A DNA stretch of 64,000 nucleotides from Ostreococcus lucimarinus (lineage: Eukaryota). The stretch is taken from assembly GCA_000092065.1 (NCBI GenBank), contig CP000586.1; one strand, 5' to 3'. A program made the translations under genes and the position numbers. The notes under the pieces were generated by a model. It was not told where the DNA came from and did no database searches. It saw only the letters and a list, made by a program, of their open reading frames with translations. Shown here piece by piece: positions 9,719 to 19,973 of this stretch. Position 1 is the first letter of the stretch. Each line of letters begins with the position of its first letter.

Positions 9719-9828
9719 GGCGCTTAGGCGTTGTCGTTTAGGTAAAAAAGCCTTAAAAGTTTCATAAAAAAATCACAAAATCTTAAAACCTTCGCGTTGC
9801 GCGCGCGCTTAATCGTACACGTTTTGAT

Positions 9829-11031
9829 CTACATCGTGAAATTTGACACAGGAATGATGATTTCGTTTCGCCTGAGGAACGGGTTCGTGAATGGATCGTT
9901 GTACTGCGCCAACGCGGCGGCGCCGCTCGCCTCCAAACCGTCGTTCTCGATCAATTTTCGCAACTGCTTCTCCACGTCACGAGCCGCCTCCTCGGTCGCG
10001 ACGCCAGAAAATTTCTTAGCGACAAAAATACCGCCACTTTCTTCCCGCAACACTACGTTTTCATTCGTGCTCGCTGGGAGCGCGTCCACGGAGTCGCCGC
10101 TCACGACAAATTGCATCGTGGCGTTCTTCGTAAACACAGGCGTCGTCATCTCCATTTTCGTCCCACTCGCGTTGGCTTGGCCGAAGATGTAACCCGCCAA
10201 AGAATTAAAAGCTTGGCCCGCGACTTGACCGTTCATTTTTGCGCTGCTCGACGACACTTCCTTGACGTTCAGACCCGGACCCGTGGCGGCGACCAAGTAC
10301 GGCTCGTATCGTCGCACTTCGTAATCGCGCCTCTTCTTCAGCACCACGTACCCTGGGGTGTCCAAATCCGGCGTCTGCGCGAAATCAAAAATCTGTTTCA
10401 GCACCTCCACCACGCCCTCCGCACTGAGATGCCTCTGATTCTCAATCGAATCCCACGTGTCCACGTGGCGCGTCACCTTCTTAGTCTCCTCGTCGATCCC
10501 CATGATGGACGTTCCCGTAAAAGTCAGCGTCGGTCTCCAAGCGAAAGGAAACGTCGGCAATCCCATCACCATCGTCCATCGCGTCGTGATCTCCCAAGGT
10601 CCGCTCTGATATATTTCATGCATCGCGTACGTCGGCGAGAACACCCGTCGCAGCATCTGAATGTTAAACGCGTACCCGTCGAACGAGTCGTACTTCGTCA
10701 GCGGGTCCTCGAACGACACGTCTTTCGCGTACAGCGACGGATCGATCCCCTCGTCGTCGAACAGGTGCGTCAGATCCTCCGCCAGCGCCTTTCGCATCCG
10801 CGCGGACTCTTCTTCATCCATTCCCTTCGCCGTCGATGACGTCGTCGTCGTCGCGCGCGTCGCCGTCGTCGTCCGGCGTCGCGCGTCGCGCGTCGTCGGT
10901 CGCGTCGTCCGTCGCGTCATCGCGCGCGTCGGTCGCGTCGTCATCGCGCGCATCGTCGTCGTCCGTCGTCCGTCGTCTGTCGTCGTCCGTCGCCATCCGC
11001 CATCCGCCGTCGATCCACGATTTTGCCTCAT
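9829..11031 (-). CDS. SOUL heme-binding protein with N-terminal DUF2358/NTF2-like domain (plant HBP5-like), likely plastid-targeted
   Basis: ATG at 11031; R/T-rich presequence. C-terminal SOUL domain (TPGYVVLKKRRDYEVRRYEPYLVAATG...MTTPVFTKN...GGIFVAKKFSGVATEEAARDVEKQLRKLIENDGL...YNDPFTNPFLRRNEIIIPV). Confidence 0.8.
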   Translation of the reverse strand: MRQNRGSTADGGWRRTTTDDGRRTTTMRAMTTRPTRAMTRRTTRPTTRDARRRTTTATRATTTTSSTAKGMDEEESARMRKALAEDLTHLFDDEGIDPSLYAKDVSFEDPLTKYDSFDGYAFNIQMLRRVFSPTYAMHEIYQSGPWEITTRWTMVMGLPTFPFAWRPTLTFTGTSIMGIDEETKKVTRHVDTWDSIENQRHLSAEGVVEVLKQIFDFAQTPDLDTPGYVVLKKRRDYEVRRYEPYLVAATGPGLNVKEVSSSSAKMNGQVAGQAFNSLAGYIFGQANASGTKMEMTTPVFTKNATMQFVVSGDSVDALPASTNENVVLREESGGIFVAKKFSGVATEEAARDVEKQLRKLIENDGLEASGAAALAQYNDPFTNPFLRRNEIIIPVSNFTM

Positions 11032-11143
11032 TTTCGTCGATTTGGCGAGTCATGACTCGTCCCGAGTACCGTCGTCCGCCATCCGTCGCGCGCGGTGCCG
11101 AGTTCGTCGCGATCCGGGCACGCGCGCACATCGCGACGCCGCG

Positions 11144-11162
11144 ATGGTGCGGTCGCGCGCGC

Positions 11163-11193
<31 letters not shown>

Positions 11194-14100
11194 ACGCGAC
11201 GACGTCGACGCGCGCGCGCGGGTCGCGGACGGACGACGAGGGACGGACGCGCGCGAACGCGCGGACGACGGGCGCGGGTCACGGTTTCCGAGAGACGCGC
11301 GCGCGGCGACGCGCGCGGACGCGACGCGCGGGACGCGCGAGACGGCGCGGACGTCGACGCGAGAGGACGATGGAGACGACGCGCGAGTAGACGATGGGGA
11401 CGACGGCGACGCGGGACGCGCGCGGAGGGACGCGCGACGGCGAACGGTGATGCGGGCGAAGACGCGCGCGCGATTCGACGACGACGAGAGAGGCGAGGAG
11501 ACGTTGGCGGATTTCGCGTTCGGACGGGACGTCGCGACGCGAGAATGCGTTCCGGATTTTGTGAAGCGTCCGGTAGACGCGTGGGGACGCGCGCGCGGGA
11601 GAGGTGGACTCGACGCGGCGATGTATAGATTGTCGAACGCGATGGACGACGGCCGATTCGATCCGTCGAGTTTGCGAATTGAAGACGGCGATTTTTCAAA
11701 GATTAACGGTGAGTTTGCGAAGCAGTTTTGGAGAATTAAGATGCAGTTGATGGATTGCGTCGTGATGGTAAAGCACGGATCGTTCTATAACATGTTTGAT
11801 GTGGACGCCGACGCCGGGAAGGCGGTTGGACTTCAGCAGACGGGGACGAATTCAGGATTCATGCGCAAGGTTGGCTGTCGGGCGGAGTCGTTCGATACGT
11901 GGGCGGCTCGTTTACTCGCTCGTGGGTACACGGTTGCCCGGGTGGAACAGATGAGCGAAGCGGCGAGAGAGACCTCGGTGATGAAGCGGGAGTGTTGCGA
12001 AATATTGACTCCCTCGCTCGATCGCGGGCTGACGAACAACGAGCGCGCGAATTTCTTCATCACCATCGCGGGAAGCTCCGTGAAATCTTTGCACTCGTGC
12101 GACTATTTGGGTGTGTGCGCGGTTGACGCAGATTCTGGCACCGCCGCGTTGGGTGTCGTGACGCCTCAAGATCTGCACACCGTCTTGGTGCAATACGAGC
12201 CACGAGAGGTCGTGATTAGTGAACAGCTTTCTGACGACGCGAGAAAGATGCTCGTGTCGTACGTGCGTGAAGGCGGTGACGCGACAGACTGCGTTTTACG
12301 CGTTATAGAACGTGGCAAAGTGAAAAACCCGTCGATCGAGCGCTCGAACATTCTGAATTGGTTCAAATATCACACCGACGAGCCCGTTTCAAATATTCTT
12401 CAGGAAGCCACTGAGGCAGAGTTACGAGCCGTCGGCTTTGCGATGCGTCATCTCGCTTGGTGTGGTGTGTTGCAAGACGTCTTTTCTCGAACAAAGTTTA
12501 TGTCCATAGTGTCTGTTGAGCCAAGACGAACGAATGCTGAAGAAAACCAGTCGGCTTTTGCGCTCTCGCGCGAGCTCACGCACGTCATGCGACTCGATGG
12601 CGACGCGATCAAGAACTTGCACTTGCTCTATGGCGACACTGGGAAGACTACGGGTTCGCTCTACGAGTTTCTTAATCACACGTTTACCGCTCCCGGTCGT
12701 CGACGGCTGCGACAATGGCTTCTCCGTCCGCTACAAGATGTGCGCGCCATCGACGCTCGCCTGGACGTCGTGCGAGAGTTCTCCAACAATCACGTCTTGC
12801 TACAAACTTTCCGTGACAGACTCAAGCACTTCAAGTGGGACCACGAGCGACTTTTCGCAAAGTCGTGTCGATTGGCTATCAAGTGTACGAAAGTGTACAA
12901 TATCGTTCGATTCAATCAAACGTCGCCGTTGACGCAAGAAGACGAGATGGGTCTCAGAGAACTCGCGCCGAAAGGCGCGACGAAGCTCGAAGAGATTCTT
13001 ATCGACGCTGTGAATATGATTAGCTTTTGGGAAATGCACAAAAGCGCACTTGTTACATTTGTGGACTTGGTTCGCGCGTTGATCGAGATACGCGACGTGG
13101 TTTCCACCTTGAGTGAAATTGCAGAGCGTAACGTCTCCGTTGCGAGCTTACATCGCGACGTCGAAGACGCGATATCGTTTCTTCGTGAGTTGCGTTCGTG
13201 TCTAGAAGATAGACGGAAAGAAAACACGAAAAACAAAGAAAGATACATCGTTCCAAGCGCACTTGTGTTTCGTGACTACGGTGAGTTTGCGGCGGCGGCG
13301 GAGCGAGAGAGAGCGCAAGATCCAATAGTTCGAAAACACGCGCAGCGCCAACGGCGAGAACTGCTGAGAAACATTTACATTCCACTCAGCGATGATGACG
13401 AGCGAGACGATGAAGAGCAAGACGCGGCCGACCGCGCTGACTTAGCGGCGGCTAACGCATTTACTGAAGTGATGCATGCCTTTTACGAAGAAATCCCTCG
13501 TTTTGAACGAGTGGTGAGCGCCATGGCAGATTTAGACGTTTTACAAAGTTTTGCCACGTCTTGTGCGTCTTCAAGAGGTGCTGTTGGTTTCACTCGACCA
13601 CGTTTTACTACTGACACATCCTCGAGTACTTTAGAGCTCGTCTGCAGTTGGCACCCTCTACTCAAGCCGAGTATGGTGGACGACGCCAAGAGAATCACGC
13701 ATAACAGTGGCATCGTCGATAATGATGTATCGATGAAGACGCCCTTCGTGCTTCTTACTGGTCCTAATATGTCGGGAAAATCTTCCATACTACGCCAAGT
13801 TGCTATTATTGTCATCATGGCGCAAATTGGTTGCTACGTTCCCGCGGCATCTTGCGAAATCAGCGTGGCCGACGCTGTGATGACCCGACTTGGCGGCGAC
13901 GACAATTTCGCCAACGGCGTAAGCACATTTTTGAACGAAATGAAAAGTACGGCGAAAATCATGAACGACGTAACTTCGTCTACACTGGTCATACTTGATG
14001 AACTGGGCAGAGGTACGTCTACCTTGGATGGCTACTCGATCGCATTCGCGACGAGCCTTGAATTATGCTCTTGTGCTCAAGCTCCTCGCGTGTTGTTCGC

Positions 14101-14554
14101 CACGCACTACCACGAGTTGGACAAAGATTTGGCGAGACAAGAGATTGCGCGAGGTAAGTTTGTCACAAAGCACATAGACGTATCCAGTACTCGCTCAGGC
14201 GCGCTTAAGATGACGTATAAGCTCAAGAATGGTCCAGCACCTCTCGGATCGTGCGCGTTGAATGTCGCACGCCTCGCTGGCTTTCCTCCTGGAATTCTCA
14301 CCCGCGCTTCGCACGTCTCGCAAACCGTCACCTTCAAAGGGCGAGTTAAGGATAGCGGCTTCTCAAGATCCTCGTATGTACCGCCAAAGGCGTTACTAAG
14401 TAATGAAGAACATCTCATGCTTTCAGCGCTCCTGGGCGATCCCGCTCTGACCGGTGACGCCGATAGGCTCGGCGACGGCGTTGAGTGGTGCCGACGCTTC
14501 CATGCCCTGTGGCGGAAGTGCAACGATTTATCGAACCGCGCGAACGAGCCGTGA
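11144..14554 (+). CDS. DNA mismatch repair protein MutS homologue, MSH6/MSH7-like
   Basis: Track ORF 10661..14554 overlaps the SOUL gene on the other strand. First in-frame ATG outside the overlap is 11144 (MVRSRARDDDD...). Domain I FWRIKMQLMDCVVMVKHGSFYNMFDVDADAG...LLARGYTVARVEQ...ILTPSL; Walker A TGPNMSGKSS; STFLNEM; LVILDELGRGTST; HYHEL. Confidence 0.85.
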
Positions 14555-14623
14555 GGAAAGTTTGCGATATGTTGTCTCGCTGCCATTGTCGCGCACATTC
14601 ATGAACCACACTGTTGAGAAACA

Positions 14624-14628
14624 TGTAA
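14624..14628 (+). promoter_or_regulatory. TGTAA polyadenylation signal downstream of MSH6-like gene
   Basis: acaTGTAAcaaaa ~70 nt after stop codon. Confidence 0.4.
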
Positions 14629-14702
14629 CAAAAACTTTAATCGCATCGCATAACATGGCACTACACACGGTATATACTGGCACGCAAACTTCAAGATGTT
14701 CG

Positions 14703-17700
14703 TTAAATTTGAGGCAAAGCGATGTCGGCGATGTCATCACTGGAGACAAAGCGGATGTTGGCCCAATCACCGGCAGCAGCGGTAGACTTCGTGCGCTCAA
14801 GCGCGGCGATACCCGCATCACCGTCTTCGAGCACGGACGGAGTGGATGCGTTGACATCGAGGCGCTGGCGAGAAATCATAATGATATCACCGATTTGCCA
14901 GTCGCCGGGAGATGGAGCTGGCGTGGAGACGTCTTCTACCCAATAACCGAGACCTAAGACGTCAAGACTGGTGGAATCTTGCACGATCTGCTTAGGATTG
15001 ATTGGTTTTGGTTTCTCCGGTGAGGATTCCTCGGTGTAGACGGGTTTGTAAACAATCATCGTCGTCGCCGTGGCATCGGACTCTGCGTTGGACACCGGCG
15101 TCTCAAGCCGTTTTGGCGCCGAAAGGCAGCAGGAGAGAAAACCCGTCGGGTTTCTGTACGGGGTTTTCTGCACGGGAGCGTGCGACGCCATCGGCATCAC
15201 AGCTTGCGTCGTCGCCGGCGGCATCGGCATCACTGCCGCCGCAACTGGTGAAGGCTTGTCGGCGGGCACGGGTTCCGAAGGTTTTTGTGTGTGAGAGGCG
15301 ACGTAAGTTTCTAGAACGGTTTCATCCGGTTTGTCCGCGAGCATCACTTTGCCCTTCTTGCCGTTTCGCAAGTTTAAAACTTCGTAAGTGCCGGCCCAGT
15401 TCGACCCGTCGCACTTCCCACAGTTTAGCGCACGTACGGCGTCTTTATCGAAACGGAAAATCGAGCCATCGGACGGATAACCGTGTCGCCGAATGTCGAG
15501 AACATTGATGGCGGTGGACGTGCCGAGAATATTGGCGTGAATACCGCCGCCAGAGCGCGCCGTCGAGTTCGCGAGCTTGTGCAAGTCCGTTGATTCCCAT
15601 CGCACACGCACGGCGGACACATCATCCATGATCGACTTGAACGCCCGTCCCCAGCGAACGTTTTCTGTACTGAGCTCTATTTTATGCCACTTTCCATCCG
15701 AACGCAGCGCTTTCGCCGTGAACGGAAGAGCTTCGAACGACGCATCCGTGTGAACGCCGTAAATTCGTGTCCCCACGCTCGCGGCTTCAATCTGAAATTC
15801 AATCTCCAGTTCTTTCCACCACGGACCGACAAGACCGCATTGACCATACCGAATTAAATGCCCGGGTAAGTTCCAACCAGTTTCCGTCTGGCACACGTAG
15901 TTGTCCATCGACAGCGTGAATGTGTACGGCGGAGGTTGGTTGTCATGCGAATACGCCAACAACTCGATGCGATCGCCCGGCTTCCAATCCCCTTCGTGGG
16001 CGTAATCGCAAGGATTCGCGCAACCGACGCCGATGCCCGACTCGTGCTGAAACACTATGACGCTCCCACGTCGTTCGCCCGCGCTCGTGTCGTTGGGGAT
16101 CGCGAATGAGGCGCCATCGCCGCCTTTTATGACGCCCGTCTTCCAGCCTTCGTAACTCGCATCGCCCCAATCTTCAATGCCCGTGATGGCAGAGAGCTGC
16201 GAGCTCTTGAAGCGAAACCACTTCCCTTTAGGCTCTGGCTCTGTTTTGCCGGGCATGACACCGCCGGGGTAATCGATGCTCACGACATCAAGGTGTGGAT
16301 CGACGAGCTTTCTTCGTTGTCGAGGGAACACAAACGCATCGGGCTTCAGCTTTACGACTTTCTTCTCACCCGACGCCGTTTTGTACGTCCGCTCTTTCGG
16401 GGGCGGTGGTTTTTTGTGAGGATTGTACACGTAAAACTCGTCACGCTCCTGCGCGTTTGGCCCACTGATGGATTTGTCGCCCCATTTTGATGCGTCATCA
16501 ACGCACTCTTCGCCGCGGTTGCCTTCGTCCTTGGTTGGCCACTTGTTAGACCCCCAACCAACCCCGAGCAAGTCAGGATCACCCTCGAGTAAGCCGACGT
16601 GAACACCGCCGCCGTACTTTTCACTGTAGCACGGCACCCCGGGGGCGCCTTTGTCAGGCACACGAACATTAAACTTAAAGTGAGTGATAGGTTCGTACTT
16701 TCTGTCGCGATGCAGCATGAGAGCTCCGAAATGTTGCTTGTTTTTATCATCCGTGCACAGTCCACTTCGAAAAGAAGGTTGACCTTCACCTTGACTGTTA
16801 ATGCCCTCGTTGTCGCGGCAGTTGTATGTCTGACAACAACCACCCGCTTGCAGGAGCGTTCGATTATCGATGAAGACGCCGATTGGAGTGTACGGACGCC
16901 CGTTGATCAACTCGGGGTCTGATCCGGTGGGATGCTTCAGCTTGATCTCGAACATGAGCCACATCGTACGCTTGCCTCCTCGGTAATTTTGCTCTTTCGG
17001 GTAAATTCCACTTTGGCCAGGGAATATTCGCTCGATTGGCTCGTCGTTGACGCCGCCCGTCATGAAGTGGGCGTCGTCGTCTTTGGAGTAGTCTTCAACA
17101 AACTTGATCGAATCGAATTTGCTCGGATCCATGAATCGCACACCCTTCGGCAAGCCACGGTACGCGATGAGTTCGATGGGCTCGCCGACGAGCCAGTCGC
17201 CCGGCTGCGCGCTCTCGACGGGGTGATAACAGCCCACGCCCATGCCGTTTGGACCGCCAAAAACGACGATCGCCGAACGCTTTTCTTGTCGATACACACA
17301 GAAAGTCGCGCCTTTCCCCGATTTGACGCTAAAATTTTCTGTTTTGTACGCCTTCAGATCCTTATTCGCCCACTCGTGTCCGATGACGCGCGTGAGCTCA
17401 TCCATGTCGAAGCGAAAGAATCTCCCATCCGCCGGCTTGGATTTGTCCGGATACTCCAACGACGTGACGTGTACGTACTTCCGATCGGGAACTTCATCAG
17501 GAAACACGACAACATCACCCTCATCAACTTTTGAAAGCCCTTGGTCGACCGTCGATCCGTTCGGTTTCACGTCTGGAATCGTCCCGAGCGCCGGCGCCCT
17601 CCCGTCCCCCGCGAGTCCAAAGCTCAACGTTTTCGACAACTGCCTGAGCATCGACGGTTGCTTTTTAAACACGTGCACGTTATGTTCCACCACCACCACC

Positions 17701-18077
17701 GTCGTTTTCAGCGCCGCAGCCTTCATTCGCGCCGCCACCGTGCCGTCCAGCAGCGCTCCCGGTTTCAACCGCTTCGCCGCATCCACGAAGCGTTCGACGA
17801 GCGCGTACAGCCCCGTGTTGCTCGAGCACGTCGACGCGAAGTCCTCCAGCGTCACCCGTCGATCGCACGGTTCGGTGTGATTGATCGCGATCCACGCTTC
17901 GATCGCCGCTTTCTCGTACGTCCGTCCCGTCTTCGCGACGACGACGGGATTCTTCATCACTCGCAGCGTGAGCGCGCACACGTACGCGTCCGGCGCCGCG
18001 GCGTGGAACGCGGGATCGGCGTACATCGCGGCGTCGACGTCGATGTCGCGAGGGAACGGGTTCGCGCGTCGGCCCAT
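14703..18077 (-). CDS. U-box E3 ubiquitin ligase-like protein (1124 aa) with three internal ~100-aa repeats of unknown family
   Basis: ATG at 18077. N-terminal canonical U-box: PDAYVCALTLRVMKNPVVVAKTGRTYEKAAIEAWIAINHTEPCDRRVTLEDF. Three repeats each start G-x-[FW]FRF[DK] (DGRFFRFDMDEL..., KGKWFRFKSSQL..., DGSIFRFDKDAV...) and share W-x-D/N...Y-E/K-G/A-W/Y-K-T and GxGVGC motifs. Lower GC than neighbours. Confidence 0.75.
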   Translation of the reverse strand: MGRRANPFPRDIDVDAAMYADPAFHAAAPDAYVCALTLRVMKNPVVVAKTGRTYEKAAIEAWIAINHTEPCDRRVTLEDFASTCSSNTGLYALVERFVDAAKRLKPGALLDGTVAARMKAAALKTTVVVVEHNVHVFKKQPSMLRQLSKTLSFGLAGDGRAPALGTIPDVKPNGSTVDQGLSKVDEGDVVVFPDEVPDRKYVHVTSLEYPDKSKPADGRFFRFDMDELTRVIGHEWANKDLKAYKTENFSVKSGKGATFCVYRQEKRSAIVVFGGPNGMGVGCYHPVESAQPGDWLVGEPIELIAYRGLPKGVRFMDPSKFDSIKFVEDYSKDDDAHFMTGGVNDEPIERIFPGQSGIYPKEQNYRGGKRTMWLMFEIKLKHPTGSDPELINGRPYTPIGVFIDNRTLLQAGGCCQTYNCRDNEGINSQGEGQPSFRSGLCTDDKNKQHFGALMLHRDRKYEPITHFKFNVRVPDKGAPGVPCYSEKYGGGVHVGLLEGDPDLLGVGWGSNKWPTKDEGNRGEECVDDASKWGDKSISGPNAQERDEFYVYNPHKKPPPPKERTYKTASGEKKVVKLKPDAFVFPRQRRKLVDPHLDVVSIDYPGGVMPGKTEPEPKGKWFRFKSSQLSAITGIEDWGDASYEGWKTGVIKGGDGASFAIPNDTSAGERRGSVIVFQHESGIGVGCANPCDYAHEGDWKPGDRIELLAYSHDNQPPPYTFTLSMDNYVCQTETGWNLPGHLIRYGQCGLVGPWWKELEIEFQIEAASVGTRIYGVHTDASFEALPFTAKALRSDGKWHKIELSTENVRWGRAFKSIMDDVSAVRVRWESTDLHKLANSTARSGGGIHANILGTSTAINVLDIRRHGYPSDGSIFRFDKDAVRALNCGKCDGSNWAGTYEVLNLRNGKKGKVMLADKPDETVLETYVASHTQKPSEPVPADKPSPVAAAVMPMPPATTQAVMPMASHAPVQKTPYRNPTGFLSCCLSAPKRLETPVSNAESDATATTMIVYKPVYTEESSPEKPKPINPKQIVQDSTSLDVLGLGYWVEDVSTPAPSPGDWQIGDIIMISRQRLDVNASTPSVLEDGDAGIAALERTKSTAAAGDWANIRFVSSDDIADIALPQI
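17919..17960. repeat. 42-bp segment of U-box coding sequence, copy 1 of a dispersed direct duplication (copy 2 at 18688..18729)
   Basis: cgtccgtcccgtcttcgcgacgacgacgggattcttcatcac identical at both loci. Confidence 0.85.
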
Positions 18078-18090
18078 GGTCGAGCGCGTC

Positions 18091-18122
18091 GCGGCGTCGC
18101 GGCGTCGCGGCGTCGCGGCGTC
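18091..18122. repeat. (GCGGCGTC)4 tandem repeat in 5' leader of U-box gene
   Basis: gcggcgtcgcggcgtcgcggcgtcgcggcgtc read directly. Confidence 0.85.
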
Positions 18123-18527
18123 GCGCCACGCTCGCGATTCTCCGGCTCGCCGCGCCGCGCTCCGGCGACTCGGCGTTTCGGCGATCCGCGTCGCGCGCGC
18201 GGCGACGGACCGCGCCCCGCCCGCCCGTCGAGGCGCGCGAACGCCATGGAATACGCGATGGGTTTAAAAAAAGTACAGTACGCGATATCAAATGATACCG
18301 CGGTAAGGTTGTTGGACTTTGTGGAACATCCCAACCCCAACGAACGAGGATGTTGGCGCGTTGACGCGGCGCGCGCGCGGCATCGCTCGACGCCGAGCGA
18401 CGCGCGACGCTCGCGCGACTCTCTCGCGCGGCGAAACGCGTCGATCTAAAAAGTTTGCGCGGCGCGAGACCGCGCGCGCGCGAACGCGGCGGGACCGCGC
18501 GACGGACGCGCGCGAAAACGTCAATCG

Positions 18528-18590
18528 CGTCGCGCATCCCGGAGACGGTTCGCGGCGTCGCGCATCCCGGAGACGGTTCGCGGCGTCGCG
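18528..18590. repeat. 28-bp tandem duplication (x2.2) in U-box/LON-N divergent intergenic region
   Basis: cgtcgcgcatcccggagacggttcgcgg repeated head-to-tail. Confidence 0.85.
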
Positions 18591-18687
18591 CGCGTGTTTT
18601 CGGCTCGCGACGCGAGCCGAACCCGCGACCCGTGTATTACACAATTTTGAATCAATAATAATGTTTACGACGTTTCACGAGCGCGTG

Positions 18688-18729
18688 CGTCCGTCCCGTC
18701 TTCGCGACGACGACGGGATTCTTCATCAC
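18688..18729. repeat. copy 2 of the 42-bp U-box coding fragment, 35 bp upstream of the LON-N gene ATG
   Basis: Same 42-mer as 17919..17960; flanks differ. Confidence 0.85.
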
Positions 18730-18763
18730 GCCGACGTTCGGCGTCGCGCCAGACGCCCGCGCG

Positions 18764-19690
18764 ATGCGCGCGTCGTCGCGCGCGTCGGCGACGCGCGTCG
18801 CGCGCGTCGCGCGCGTCGACGCGAGGCGGCCGCGGGCTCGAGCGCGCGCGCGCGCGCGCGACGGTGCCGGCGACGACGACGACGCATCCGCGCTGGACAT
18901 GGACGCGCTGCGAGCGCGCGTCCGCGCGCTGGCGAAGCGCGAAGAAGCGCTGGAAACGCTGCGCATCGTCGTGCTGGACGCGAGCGTGCCGAAACAAGTG
19001 CTGCCGCTGGAGTTCGACGGCGCGAACGTCGAGAGGACGCTCAACGCGGGGACGGCGCTCGGGCGAGACGCGCGCGTGGGCGATCGATTCGGGATGCTCG
19101 GGCAAGCGCCGAGCAACGGACAGATACTGCCGAACGGAGTGGAGGTGACGGTGACGCGAGCGATGGTTCGGCCGAACGGGGGGGAGAGTTTGATCGAACT
19201 CACGGCGTCGCGGCGGTTTAAAATCGTGGGGGCTCCGTTCGAGGACGAGGCGAACGGATCGGCGCCGAGCGCGAGGGTGTGCTGGATTCCCGATACCGAA
19301 GGCGCGGGCGAGCAAACCGTCGCGGGCGGCGTGGAGGAGCCGGGCGCGGTGGATCCCGCCGAGTGCGACGCCGAGTGCGCGGCGCTCGCCGCGGAGCTTC
19401 CCGCGCTCGTCGACGAATGGCGGGCGCTGGTGATTTCGAGAAAGCGCGAGCGTCAGCCCGATCAGTTGAAGTTGATCTTATCGCAAATCGGCGACATCCC
19501 TGGGTCGAACCGACCGGCCGAGCTCTCGCTTTGGGTCGCCGCGCTCATCAACCCGATTCCCGCCCTCGGCGTGGCGTACGAGATTCGTCCGGCGATCCTG
19601 TGCGCGCCGACGACGGGTCACATGGTTCGCATCGCGTCCCAAGGCATCAAACTTTCCATCAACAGTCTGCGCGACGGGCCTCAAATTTGA
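18764..19690 (+). CDS. LON protease N-terminal (substrate-binding) domain-like protein, probable plastid presequence
   Basis: ATG at 18764, R/A-rich N-terminus. Weak similarity to plant LON N-domain proteins: [46 protein letters not shown] ... [27 protein letters not shown]. Confidence 0.4.
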   Translation: MRASSRASATRVARVARVDARRPRARARARARDGAGDDDDASALDMDALRARVRALAKREEALETLRIVVLDASVPKQVLPLEFDGANVERTLNAGTALGRDARVGDRFGMLGQAPSNGQILPNGVEVTVTRAMVRPNGGESLIELTASRRFKIVGAPFEDEANGSAPSARVCWIPDTEGAGEQTVAGGVEEPGAVDPAECDAECAALAAELPALVDEWRALVISRKRERQPDQLKLILSQIGDIPGSNRPAELSLWVAALINPIPALGVAYEIRPAILCAPTTGHMVRIASQGIKLSINSLRDGPQI

Positions 19691-19973
19691 CCCTCGAGCG
19701 TTCGGCCCGAAAATTGAGCGACTGAGCGTTCGGCGCCGCGCCGCCGCCGTGTTTCGCTCGCGTCCTCGCGATAGTCCCGCCCCTGAACCGCTGTACATCA
19801 TCACACCGCGACATCAAACGCATCAAACGCATCAAAGGCAACGCTCGCTCTCACGCGCGCCCTCGACCCGATCTCTGTCTCGGGCACTCGGCATTTTCGA
19901 GTCGTCGGAATCCGCGCCCGCCTTCGCCGCGCGTCTGTTGTCACACCTCGCCGCGGTCAAATCACCGAGTCCG

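Noticed and set aside
17541-19315. Several 200-300-aa ORFs on both strands across the U-box 5' end and intergenic region (17541..18449, 17680..18537, 18319..19221, 18665..19315)
   Set aside because: Arg-rich translations with no start in a sensible context; they traverse the tandem repeats and the antisense of the LON-N gene.
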